DNA of 30,928 nt from Candidatus Woesearchaeota archaeon (GCA_043812195.1 JBDRML010000024.1:1-30928); one strand, 5' to 3'; shown: positions 20,612 through 29,208, numbered from the stretch's first letter. Program-made: numbers and translations. The notes: a model not told the origin generated them from the letters alone.

Positions 20612-20854
20612 TTATTTAAGTTTCAAGGCTTTTTTAATTTCAGGCATATTAAATCCCACAATTATTTTGCCATTAATATCTGAAACAGGAACTCCCATCT
20701 GTCCAGATTTATCTATCATCTCTTTAGCAGCTTTTTTATCTTTTCCCACATCCACATCTTCAAATTCAATTTTATTCTCTCTTAAAAAGTCCTTAACCTT
20801 ATGGCACCAAGAACAATTTTGTGTAGAATATACTTTTACTGTCAAATTAACCAC
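20612..20854 (-). CDS. Glutaredoxin-like protein (NrdH/YruB type)
   Basis: CSWC, GQMGVP, IVGF. Confidence 0.9.
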   Translation of the reverse strand: MVNLTVKVYSTQNCSWCHKVKDFLRENKIEFEDVDVGKDKKAAKEMIDKSGQMGVPVSDINGKIIVGFNMPEIKKALKLK

Positions 20855-20900
20855 CTCTCTAAAAGAGATATTACATCATTTTTAAAATTATCGCTTATTT

Positions 20901-21836
20901 TTAATCATTAGTTATCAAAAAAGGAATTGGTTTCTTTAAAGGATTAACAGTGCCCCTTTTATCTACATATTTTGGCTCTTCATGTGGTAAATAATGCAGC
21001 ATAGCAGGAAAAAATTCATTAGCAACATCTTTATACATTCTGACACAACCATGTGTAGATTCAACTTCATGCCAGGGTTTTGACATAATACAGCTATGTA
21101 ATCTAAATCCACTATCTCTATCACTTTCTTTAGGAAAATAACCCGGTTTATTTGAATTTATAAAAAGTTCAGACATATAATTCCCATATGGGTTTTCAGA
21201 TTTAGGATTTATTGTTCTCGGAGCAACTGGCTTAGTTTTTCCAAACCATTTAGGTGGCAACCACCAAGGAAATTCTACAATTCTTTTAACCCAAAATAAT
21301 CCATTTGGTGTTCCAAAATATTTTAATTTGTTTCCATCAGATGCGTCTTCATCCCAACCACCAATACCAACATCAGTTTTAAGAAGTAAGATTTCTCCCC
21401 CATTATAATTTTGGTAAATACATAATTCTTTTTGATTTTTTTTAACATGAATTCTTACATCCATCTCATCAACAAAAAAGTTTCTAGGCACTTCTATTTT
21501 AAATAAATACCTTGTAGTATCTGGTCTATAAATTTTTCCACCCCCAAAAAAATCATCAAGTCTTTGTTCAATTCCATCTAAATAATCTCCAAATACATAT
21601 ACAGAAGGAAATTCATTTGATATTTCTTGTCTAATTTTACTTCTTAAACTATCATTTACATCAGCTTGAGACAATTTTACTTCAAGAGATCGTTCTTGCA
21701 TTTCAATAGATCTTCTTAAGTCACGATTAACTAAATAAAATTCAGAATCAGAAGCATTACCAACAACAGGATTACCTAAAAGTCCCATTCCAATTAAGAT
21801 CCCCAAGCCTAACTTTCTTACCATTTTTATATTCAA
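20901..21836 (-). CDS. Secreted YkuD/L,D-transpeptidase-domain protein
   Basis: Signal-peptide-like N-terminus, TPNG, P.W.PP, NPYG, LH...STHGCVRM catalytic motif. Confidence 0.8.
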   Translation of the reverse strand: MNIKMVRKLGLGILIGMGLLGNPVVGNASDSEFYLVNRDLRRSIEMQERSLEVKLSQADVNDSLRSKIRQEISNEFPSVYVFGDYLDGIEQRLDDFFGGGKIYRPDTTRYLFKIEVPRNFFVDEMDVRIHVKKNQKELCIYQNYNGGEILLLKTDVGIGGWDEDASDGNKLKYFGTPNGLFWVKRIVEFPWWLPPKWFGKTKPVAPRTINPKSENPYGNYMSELFINSNKPGYFPKESDRDSGFRLHSCIMSKPWHEVESTHGCVRMYKDVANEFFPAMLHYLPHEEPKYVDKRGTVNPLKKPIPFLITND

Positions 21837-21936
21837 TAATTAACAAGAAAAGCATCCTATTTAAAAAACTACCTAAAAAAAACTTTATTCTCAAAACAAC
21901 ATAAACTTTATATACATTCTTTCTTAATTCAACAAA

Positions 21937-22848
21937 ATGCAAGATTTAATTATTATAGGAGGGGGTATTGCAGCTAACTCAGCAGCTATTTATACAGCAA
22001 GAGCTAAAATTAATACATTAGTAATTTCTGGACCAGAATTAGATCAATTAAGCACTACAACACTAGTAGAAAATTTTCCAGGATTCCCAGAAGGAGTAAT
22101 GGGACCAGATTTAGTTGAAAATTCCAAAAAACAAGCTCAAAAATTCGGAGCAAAATACAAATCAGGATTAGTAGATTCTTTCAATATTAAGAAAGGATAT
22201 TATGAAATTGGAATAGGAAAAGAAAAACTACAAGCAAAATCTATAATTATTGCAACAGGAGCAGCGCCAAGAAAATTAGAAATTAAAGGAGAAAAAGAAT
22301 ATTGGTCAAAAGGTGTAAGTTCTTGTGCTGTATGTGATGCTCCAATATTTAGAGATAAAGAATCAATTATAGTTGGTGGTGGAGATGCAGCAATAGAAGA
22401 AGCAATAGCACTATCAAAATTCGCTAAAAAAGTAACTCTAATTCATAGAAGAGATAAATTAAGAGCAAGCAAAATTATGCAAGATAAATTAAAAAAATTA
22501 AAAGGACTAAATATTATAATGGACACAGAAGTAATAGAAATTATCGGAGACGGTAAATTTGTTTCAGGCATAAAATTAAAAAACACAAAAACAAATAAAA
22601 ACTCAGAATTAAAATGCCAAGGAGTTTTCTTAGCCATAGGGCATATTCCAAACACAACAATATTCAAAAATAAATTAAAATTAGACAAAATAGGCTATAT
22701 AATAACAGATAAACAATCAAAAACAAGTTTACCAGGAATTTTCGCAGCAGGAGATTGTCAAGATCCAATTTTTAAACAAGCAGCAACATCTGCAGGTACA
22801 GGTGTTCAAGCAGCATTATCAGCAGAAAAGTACATAGAAGACAAATAA
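21937..22848 (+). CDS. trxB: Thioredoxin reductase
   Basis: ENFPGF, ATGA, CAVCD, GGGDAA, HRRD, FAAGD. Confidence 0.95.
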   Translation: MQDLIIIGGGIAANSAAIYTARAKINTLVISGPELDQLSTTTLVENFPGFPEGVMGPDLVENSKKQAQKFGAKYKSGLVDSFNIKKGYYEIGIGKEKLQAKSIIIATGAAPRKLEIKGEKEYWSKGVSSCAVCDAPIFRDKESIIVGGGDAAIEEAIALSKFAKKVTLIHRRDKLRASKIMQDKLKKLKGLNIIMDTEVIEIIGDGKFVSGIKLKNTKTNKNSELKCQGVFLAIGHIPNTTIFKNKLKLDKIGYIITDKQSKTSLPGIFAAGDCQDPIFKQAATSAGTGVQAALSAEKYIEDK

Positions 22849-22884
22849 AAAAGCTTTTAAAACCCCACTTTCTCTAAAATTAAA

Positions 22885-23103
22885 ATGAAAGAAATCACAA
22901 AACAGACATTAATATCAAGTATATTTGAAGATAATAAAGAAAAAGCATTAGAATTAGCAGAAGCTATTTCAAGTTATGGAATTCATTGTATAGGCTGTCC
23001 ATTAGCAAGAGTAGAAACACTAGAACAAGGATTTGAAGCTCATCAAATTCCAGAAATAGAATTAGATAAATTAATCAAAAGATTAAACGAGATTATAAAA
23101 TAA
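22885..23103 (+). CDS. DUF1858-like small protein
   Basis: GIHCIGC...ETLEQG..AH pattern. Confidence 0.75.
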   Translation: MKEITKQTLISSIFEDNKEKALELAEAISSYGIHCIGCPLARVETLEQGFEAHQIPEIELDKLIKRLNEIIK

Positions 23104-23105
23104 AA

Positions 23106-23366
23106 ATGTACGATTTAGAATTAGATAAAGTTGCTAAAGAAATTAAGGATAAAAAAGCTAAGCAAGTAATAATCCAATTACCAAATGGTCTAAAATTAAA
23201 AACACAAGAAATTATAGATTATCTAGAAAAAAACACAAAAGCACAAATTTTTATCTGGCTCTCAAGCACTTTCGGAGCATGCGATTTTCCTTTAGGCTTA
23301 GATCCACTTAATATAGATTTAATGATTCAATGGGGGCATAATAGATTCTACAAAGAAGTTTGGTAA
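23106..23366 (+). CDS. dph2: Dph2 N-terminal part (split gene)
   Basis: IQLPNGLK, FGACD (first Fe-S Cys), QWGH. Confidence 0.8.
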   Translation: MYDLELDKVAKEIKDKKAKQVIIQLPNGLKLKTQEIIDYLEKNTKAQIFIWLSSTFGACDFPLGLDPLNIDLMIQWGHNRFYKEVW

Positions 23367-23367
23367 A

Positions 23368-24093
23368 ATGCAGTTAATATACAAAGACGCAGTTTGGAAA
23401 AAAGAAATTAAATTAGGAAAAGAACTAATTGATTATCTTAAAAAGAATAAAACAAAGTCTATAGCTCTATTCGCATCAGTTCAATTCTTAAAATTAAACA
23501 AAGTAAAAAATCAGTTAAAAGAACTAAACATAAAGATAAACACTGCAAAAGCAAAAAGAACTGAAAAAGAAATTCAAATTTTAGGTTGTGACACTTATCA
23601 TGATTCATTCAAAGAAAATATAATTAAAAATTCAGATTTAATTTTATATATCGGAGATGGTTTATTCCATCCAAAAGCACTTTTACTATCTCAAAGAAAA
23701 AAAGATATTCTAATTTGGGATCCAGTTTCAGAAAAAAAACAAATTCTAACTAAAAAAGAAATCACAAAAATACTATTAAAATTAAAAGCCAATATTAAAA
23801 AATATTTAATGGCAAAAAATATTGGAATCTTAGTAACAATAAAGCCAGGACAGCAATATCTGCACTTAGCTAAAGAATTAAAAGAAGATTTAGAAAAAAA
23901 AGGAAAAAAAGCTTACATATTCATAGACAACACATTCTATTGGAATGAACTAGAAGGATATCCTTTCATAGAGTGTTGGGTTAACACTGCATGTCCAAGA
24001 ATAGGTTTAGACGATATAGTAGAAATCAAACAACCATTAATTAATATTAAAGAAGCTTTAAATACAGAAAAGGTTTTAGAGGAATTAGCTTAA
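23368..24093 (+). CDS. dph2: Dph2 C-terminal part (split gene)
   Basis: QILGC, GDGLFH, KPGQ, NTACPRI (second and third Cys). Confidence 0.85.
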   Translation: MQLIYKDAVWKKEIKLGKELIDYLKKNKTKSIALFASVQFLKLNKVKNQLKELNIKINTAKAKRTEKEIQILGCDTYHDSFKENIIKNSDLILYIGDGLFHPKALLLSQRKKDILIWDPVSEKKQILTKKEITKILLKLKANIKKYLMAKNIGILVTIKPGQQYLHLAKELKEDLEKKGKKAYIFIDNTFYWNELEGYPFIECWVNTACPRIGLDDIVEIKQPLINIKEALNTEKVLEELA

Positions 24094-24136
24094 AATGATT
24101 ACTCCTCGCCCTTCAGGGCGAGGAGTAATCATTTTA
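24091..24136. repeat. Perfect 21-bp inverted repeat (terminator or mobile-element end)
   Basis: TAAAATGATTACTCCTCGCCC-TTCA-GGGCGAGGAGTAATCATTTTA, beginning at the dph2 stop codon. Confidence 0.9.
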
Positions 24137-24143
24137 TGAATGG

Positions 24144-24389
24144 ATGCCAAAATTTTCTAAGTTGGCGAAACCTCATTTATCAATATTTAAACCTGCTGAA
24201 GACGATCAAGAAAACTTAAAAGATCCCAAATTCATTGACAATCCTATTGAATATCTTTGTTCAATGAGAATGGCATTTGAAAAAGAACATGGGGAACCAA
24301 TCTATCAAAACAATTTAGCTAGTTTATGGGGATTTCCGAGAGATAGAATTAATCCTTTGTTTTTAACTGATAAAACAAGTTTAGGTTAA
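24144..24389 (+). CDS. Hypothetical protein
   Basis: ORF only. Confidence 0.45.
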   Translation: MPKFSKLAKPHLSIFKPAEDDQENLKDPKFIDNPIEYLCSMRMAFEKEHGEPIYQNNLASLWGFPRDRINPLFLTDKTSLG

Positions 24390-25256
24390 TTTGATCTTCC
24401 AAATCCTATAACCTTTAGAGGATTTCAGAATATCATCTTGGTTAAATTGTAACGATTTTTTTTTGATAAGCTCTTTAATAACTCTTTCATTAGATATTAT
24501 TTCTGATTTAAAACCCTTTTCTGTTAAGAATTCTTTAGTTTCTTTTTCAGATTCAAAATAATCAAATTCTCTTTTTGTTATCTTAGAGATTTTTTCACGA
24601 ATGTTTTCTTTACCTAAAATTTCGTCTTTTTTCTTTTTTATTCTAGAAAAATCAGAGGTTAACCACAATCCCTCTTTTGAATAAGTTCCAAACAAGTATT
24701 TTATATTATCTCTAAACATCTTTTTTTCGTTTTTATCAAAATACATCAATAACCCTTCATGAATAATAACTAATTTTTTATTTTTGCCTTCTTCTAAATA
24801 AAGTTTTCCAATTTTATCCATTTCTTTTTTATCAAGAGGGTTTATATCCATAAAAAACAAATTTCTTGCATCTAATTTTTTTTGAGTAATTATTTCATTC
24901 AATATTTTTTCTTTTAAATCAATTAATCCTTTTAATTCTGTCTCAAGATATATAATATTTTTTTTATTTAAAAATTCTAAACTTCTTGGGGACAGACCAG
25001 ATGCTATCTCCACAATAAAAGCATCATTCATATTTGACAGGGAATCATTTAGTGAATAATATCTTCCTTCAATAAATGGGATAAAATCTGATTTTGAATT
25101 TAATGTATTTCCATAGTCTGGTAAATCTTCTATCCAATCTTTAAATTTTGTATCTATTAAATTAACAATTTCTTTTGAAAATGGAAGTTTTTGTTTGGCC
25201 CTCATTCTAGCACAGAAAACTGCAGTTGGACTTATCTTTGAATATTCTTTTCCCAT
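24381..25256 (-). CDS. Class I SAM-dependent methyltransferase (LCM-like)
   Basis: ISPTA, VEIASGLSPR, IHEGLLMYF. Confidence 0.75.
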   Translation of the reverse strand: MGKEYSKISPTAVFCARMRAKQKLPFSKEIVNLIDTKFKDWIEDLPDYGNTLNSKSDFIPFIEGRYYSLNDSLSNMNDAFIVEIASGLSPRSLEFLNKKNIIYLETELKGLIDLKEKILNEIITQKKLDARNLFFMDINPLDKKEMDKIGKLYLEEGKNKKLVIIHEGLLMYFDKNEKKMFRDNIKYLFGTYSKEGLWLTSDFSRIKKKKDEILGKENIREKISKITKREFDYFESEKETKEFLTEKGFKSEIISNERVIKELIKKKSLQFNQDDILKSSKGYRIWKIKLT

Positions 25257-25494
25257 ACACTTCTCAATATTTATTCATTTATAAAAATTGTGTCTTCTTT
25301 TCCCACCGCCCCAAATCTTCTTTTTTAGAAAAAAAGAAGCAAAAAAGAACGCGCACCTCAAATTTAATAGGATGGCTAAAAACCCACCTGAAATAAGAGA
25401 GATTTTAGAAATATCATAACGGAGAATTAGAAACTTGCTCCGTTTCACTCCGCACCACGCCTTGCAGGCTTTCATAAAATCAAAGATTTTATTC

Positions 25495-25522
25495 AGGTCG
25501 CTGAACAGGGCTTATGTGCAAT
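25495..25522 (+). repeat. dif-like site S1
   Basis: AGGTCGCTGAA-CAGGGC-TTATGTGCAAT. Confidence 0.75.
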
Positions 25523-25523
25523 A

Positions 25524-25796
25524 TTACTCGGGCTTTGGAATTATAGAAAATCTATCTTCCATTTCTTTTAAAATCGCATTCCGATCATCCCACATTGTAA
25601 CAGAATCACAAGCTCTATTTCTAACACTGTCATACATTACAACTTTCTTATTCGTCGACCAATTGGGAAGATGTCTATATTCCTTAGATAATAATGTAGA
25701 AAATTCGTCATTAATTTCAATTACAGCGTCACGGTTACTATCTCGAGCGGCTGTAACCATTCTTTCCAATGTTTGGTATATTTGTGATTCCGACAT
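25524..25796 (-). CDS. Cassette 1 hypothetical protein (90 aa, MSESQ...KPE)
   Basis: Start moved to ATG 25796; TTTATATA box at 25820-25827; the longer track ORF runs through the linker. Confidence 0.7.
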   Translation of the reverse strand: MSESQIYQTLERMVTAARDSNRDAVIEINDEFSTLLSKEYRHLPNWSTNKKVVMYDSVRNRACDSVTMWDDRNAILKEMEDRFSIIPKPE

Positions 25797-25888
25797 GTTT
25801 ATACAGTAATTTGAACCCATATATAAATATATTCCAAAGTCCTGTGTCATACTGTCGGTCGCTTCGCTCCCTCGTTCGCCTTGCAGGC

Positions 25889-25916
25889 TCACCACATAAC
25901 AGCGATTAGTTTCAAT
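25889..25916 (+). repeat. dif-like site S2
   Basis: TCACCACATAA-CAGCGA-TTAGTTTCAAT. Confidence 0.8.
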
Positions 25917-25961
25917 TCAAAAATCGTGCTCCCAAAGTTATTCGAGGCAAGAATTGTTATT

Positions 25962-26105
25962 TTATTTAAATTCTAGAGTTTTATAAAGAATTTTTGGTTC
26001 TATTTGAGAAGCTCTTACCATAGCATCTGCTCTTTCATAACCTGCTCTTAATTCAGCTTCTCTTTCTCTTACCATAGCATCTGTATCTATCATTATGTCT
26101 ATCAT
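25962..26105 (-). CDS. Cassette 2 micro-protein (47 aa), absent from the ORF track
   Basis: MIDIMIDTDAMVREREAELRAGYERADAMVRASQIEPKILYKTLEFK; BRE/TATA CCGAAAGTTTTAAATA upstream; fills the space between two inverted-repeat pairs. Confidence 0.65.
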   Translation of the reverse strand: MIDIMIDTDAMVREREAELRAGYERADAMVRASQIEPKILYKTLEFK

Positions 26106-26279
26106 GTTTTTAATAAAATAACACTACTATTTAAAACTTTCGGTTATTAGTCTTTTAATAGTAGTTACAATTCTTGCCTCTCAATATTCTAAATTCCCGT
26201 CCACCCATGCACAATTTTTGAACTCGAGATTTTTCGGCTTCGCCGAACATTGCATTAAAATCTCGTCCTCATTACATTC

Positions 26280-26307
26280 GAAGAAACTAACACTAATTAT
26301 GTGCAAT
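26280..26307 (+). repeat. dif-like site S3
   Basis: GAAGAAACTAA-CACTAA-TTATGTGCAAT. Confidence 0.8.
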
Positions 26308-26322
26308 AAAAATGAGTTGCCC

Positions 26323-26646
26323 TTATTCTTTACGTTCAAACTCTACAAGAATATCAACATTCTCATAATCACAAGTAATATTTAAACCTTCAAGGTTTGA
26401 AATCTCGCATTCACATCTGCTCTTGTCAACATAGCCTATACAATTTTCCCAAGTAGGTGTATCATAGGTAATTTGTTCCACACTAACTTTGAAACCGTAA
26501 CAAGGACACTTTATGGAACCTAATAGACCCATTACATTATTGGCATCATACGAAGTTCTTTTGGGGTAAAAAAATATCGCCAGTAAAATTAGAATAATAA
26601 TTATGAGGATTATTGCTTTTCGGTTCTTAAAAAAAGAAACATTCAT
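26323..26646 (-). CDS. Cassette 3 membrane-anchored Cys-rich protein
   Basis: Start moved to ATG 26646 with a TATA box upstream; N-terminal TM helix and six Cys. Confidence 0.7.
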   Translation of the reverse strand: MNVSFFKNRKAIILIIIILILLAIFFYPKRTSYDANNVMGLLGSIKCPCYGFKVSVEQITYDTPTWENCIGYVDKSRCECEISNLEGLNITCDYENVDILVEFERKE

Positions 26647-26790
26647 AAAAAAATTAGAGATAATAGAAATATATAAATCTATTGCTTCGGGCAACTCATT
26701 TTTACTTCTCTAAATCTTGATGTTAAACGAAATAATGCTCAGCACAAAGTGAATAGAAAACTTTATATTATCTATTAATAAATTAATGAT

Positions 26791-27051
26791 ATGCAATGGA
26801 AAGAATTTTTTAAACCAAACATTTTCAAGATTATTTTAACAATTATCTTGTTAATTGCGTCACTTTATGGAATATATTATTTGATTTTTTCTCTGTCATA
26901 TTATGTTGGCGAATGTGTTCCAGGTAGTTCATGTCCTAATTTCTCTGAATTAGCACTAAAAGGCGTTCTCTACTCTTCTATTCCTGCACTTTTAATCAAT
27001 TATTTAATTTCCTGTATAATATATTCAATATATAAAAGAATCAAAAAATAA
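26791..27051 (+). CDS. Cassette 3 second gene, small two-TM protein
   Basis: Two TM helices around a CVPGSSC loop; TTTATA box upstream. Confidence 0.7.
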   Translation: MQWKEFFKPNIFKIILTIILLIASLYGIYYLIFSLSYYVGECVPGSSCPNFSELALKGVLYSSIPALLINYLISCIIYSIYKRIKK

Positions 27052-27096
27052 AAATTATTTCCCTAATTCATTTCTTTTCAGTCGCTTCGCTCCTTC

Positions 27097-27124
27097 AGGG
27101 CACATAACAGCGATTATACTCAAT
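27097..27124 (+). repeat. dif-like site S4
   Basis: AGGGCACATAA-CAGCGA-TTATACTCAAT. Confidence 0.8.
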
Positions 27125-27202
27125 TTTCTTCCATATTCACTCCAGAAAACTCAAAAATCTTAATATCAGACAAGCTGATTTAATAATATTTTGGCCTTAA
27201 CA

Positions 27203-27230
27203 GGCGAGTCTAACACTAATTATGTACAAT
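27203..27230 (+). repeat. dif-like site S5
   Basis: GGCGAGTCTAA-CACTAA-TTATGTACAAT. Confidence 0.8.
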
Positions 27231-27231
27231 A

Positions 27232-27501
27232 TTACTCGACCGCCGCCTTTAATTTCTGTAAAAGTTGTTTTATTTCATCTATCTCAATATGCAGAATTTT
27301 CGGTTCTTTTCTTCCCTCAATTTCATCCATCACAGAGAATCCGTCAATCACATCTTGTGTTTCGCCATTTAGTTTTTTATATGCCTCAAATTCTTCGTTT
27401 AGAAATCTACTGCAAATTTCCGCAATTTCTTCTCTAATCTTTCCACTATCGTTCTGGATTAGGTCTTCCAGTTTCTCAATTAATTTACTTATCAATTCCA
27501 T
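27232..27501 (-). CDS. Cassette 5 small acidic helical protein
   Basis: ORF with TTTATATA upstream; stop lies in the conserved TATTACTC. Confidence 0.7.
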   Translation of the reverse strand: MELISKLIEKLEDLIQNDSGKIREEIAEICSRFLNEEFEAYKKLNGETQDVIDGFSVMDEIEGRKEPKILHIEIDEIKQLLQKLKAAVE

Positions 27502-27573
27502 AACGAAATGAAAAACATGATACTATATAAAACTTGTGCGGCGGTCTGCGTCATACTATCCCCTCGCTATCGC

Positions 27574-27601
27574 TCGACACATAACACTGATTAAGTTCAA
27601 T
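27574..27601 (+). repeat. dif-like site S6
   Basis: TCGACACATAA-CACTGA-TTAAGTTCAAT. Confidence 0.8.
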
Positions 27602-27636
27602 TTTCTTCCATATTCACTACAGAAAACTCAAAACCC

Positions 27637-28074
27637 TTAATCTCTAAAAATATACTCGCCTTTTTCTTCGTAAACAATCGCTCCCTTAAACGGCTCTTTT
27701 GTTTTATAAAGAGGCGACTGATATGCCTGATTCAGAATTCCAGCAACCTCATCAGCAGTATCTTTATTAGTTCCGTTAGGATATGTTGCTTGTAACATGT
27801 AATTTATACCATCTTGTTTTGCTTCTTGAGCAAGAGCAGTTAATCTCTTGTCGCCTTCTATGTTATCCATACCTTCAATTAAAGAAAGTTCTAACTGAGA
27901 GGGTGTTCTAACAAGTTCGCGAATTGTATGTAATTCTGTTTCAATTTCTTGTTTTGAAGCATCGCAATAAAAAAATCCATATGCTTTTCCAATTTGTTTA
28001 GCCATGTGACTCTCTCTAGTTACTTTATTGCCTTTTTTATCAATAAATGCATATGATTTAATTTCTTTTTCCAT
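27637..28074 (-). CDS. Cassette 6 hypothetical protein
   Basis: ORF with CGAAAGGTTTATATA BRE/TATA upstream. Confidence 0.75.
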   Translation of the reverse strand: MEKEIKSYAFIDKKGNKVTRESHMAKQIGKAYGFFYCDASKQEIETELHTIRELVRTPSQLELSLIEGMDNIEGDKRLTALAQEAKQDGINYMLQATYPNGTNKDTADEVAGILNQAYQSPLYKTKEPFKGAIVYEEKGEYIFRD

Positions 28075-28213
28075 ATTATTACTATGTATTAATAAGTATA
28101 TAAACCTTTCGTTTTATAACTACTCAATAGAGACTATAAACTATTAACTAAGCCAGCCCGAACTCTCCTTCCGCTTCGCTTCAGTCGGGACGTTACACTT
28201 TTTCCTTCGGAAA

Positions 28214-28241
28214 ACCACGCAGAACAGACATTATGTAACAT
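28214..28241 (+). repeat. dif-like site S7
   Basis: ACCACGCAGAA-CAGACA-TTATGTAACAT. Confidence 0.75.
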
Positions 28242-28313
28242 ATTACTCGGCAACCTTAACTTTCTCACCGATAGTTTTATTAGAACATTATGTATAATAG
28301 TCAACAACTAAAA

Positions 28314-28730
28314 ATGACAGAAAAATACTATATTGATACGTCAATTTGGATAGACCTTGTTGAAGATAGAAAAGGCTACAACGACGAACCATTAGGAAGT
28401 TATGCTCTTAAACTATTTGCTATGATTAAAGCCAAGAAACACAAAATGGTTGTTTCTGATCTTTTAATCAGAGAATTAGAATCGAATTATTCCATGGAAG
28501 AGATTAATGGAATGATGCTTCCGTTTCAAAAAATAATGGAAAAAATATTTGTCACTAAAGAACAACATGATGAAGCCAAAAAAATCGCCGAAGAAAGAAA
28601 TCTACCTCCAAGTGATGTGCTTCATGCAATTGTAGCAAGAAATAACAATTATACCATGATCACTAGGAACAAACACTTCAAGGAGTTAGAAGACATTACT
28701 AAACATTCAAAACCAGAAGAAATCATCTAA
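28314..28730 (+). CDS. Cassette 7 PIN-domain (VapC-like) protein
   Basis: YIDTSIWID, ELE, DVLHA, ITRNKHF; start moved to ATG 28314. Confidence 0.88.
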   Translation: MTEKYYIDTSIWIDLVEDRKGYNDEPLGSYALKLFAMIKAKKHKMVVSDLLIRELESNYSMEEINGMMLPFQKIMEKIFVTKEQHDEAKKIAEERNLPPSDVLHAIVARNNNYTMITRNKHFKELEDITKHSKPEEII

Positions 28731-28984
28731 GTATTTTTAGAAATTTCTTCAAATGCTTTAGCTCTTATCTTCTCATAATCTTTTTCTGTTGTCTTTTTCT
28801 TAACGCTACCTTTTAGATGAACTAATTCCATCATTGCTTTCTTTAACTTAATCTCTTCAACTTTCTCTCTAAGAGCATTCCTAATAAATTCTGTTCTATT
28901 TTGGTAGCCTTCATTCTTTACGACTTTGTCTACTTCTCCCAAAAATACATTATCCATTTTGACAGTTATCATCTCCGTTACCAT
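28727..28984 (-). CDS. Cassette 7 ribbon-helix-helix (CopG/NikR-like) protein
   Basis: ITVKM...VDKVV...GYQNRTEFIRNALR. Confidence 0.88.
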   Translation of the reverse strand: MVTEMITVKMDNVFLGEVDKVVKNEGYQNRTEFIRNALREKVEEIKLKKAMMELVHLKGSVKKKTTEKDYEKIRAKAFEEISKNT

Positions 28985-29127
28985 ATAGCCATTGCATATA
29001 CAATAACTATATAAACTTTTCTATCATTTTCTTATAAAATACATAATGTCACTATAAATCGATCAGCTCAGACGGTTGCCTGCGTCATAACGCTGACATC
29101 TTCGATGTCAGGTGGAACATAAAGCTC

Positions 29128-29155
29128 CATTTGCATAATACCAATTATACTCAAT
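29128..29155 (+). repeat. dif-like site S8
   Basis: CATTTGCATAA-TACCAA-TTATACTCAAT. Confidence 0.8.
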
Positions 29156-29208
29156 AAATTTGTAGCCCGAGATATTATTTGCTTATTCACTTGTAGAACA
29201 AAATAAGC

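Noticed and set aside
330-22688. Many short antisense ORFs (for example 330..962, 2898..3173, 4041..4304, 11513..11818, 19262..19501, 22443..22688)
   Set aside because: They overlap well-supported genes on the opposite strand and have shadow-like Phe/Ser/Ile-rich composition.
25275-25809. Track ORFs 25275..25475 (-) and 25435..25809 (+)
   Set aside because: They run through the palindromic linker and site S1 or are antisense to the cassette 1 gene.
26716-26743. Possible inverted dif-like site (minus: GCTGAGCATTA-TTTCGT-TTAACATCAAG)
   Set aside because: It lacks the AA-YA junction and CAAT end, and the 8/8 match of S3/S4 arms suggests 26297-27107 is one unit. Not fully excluded.
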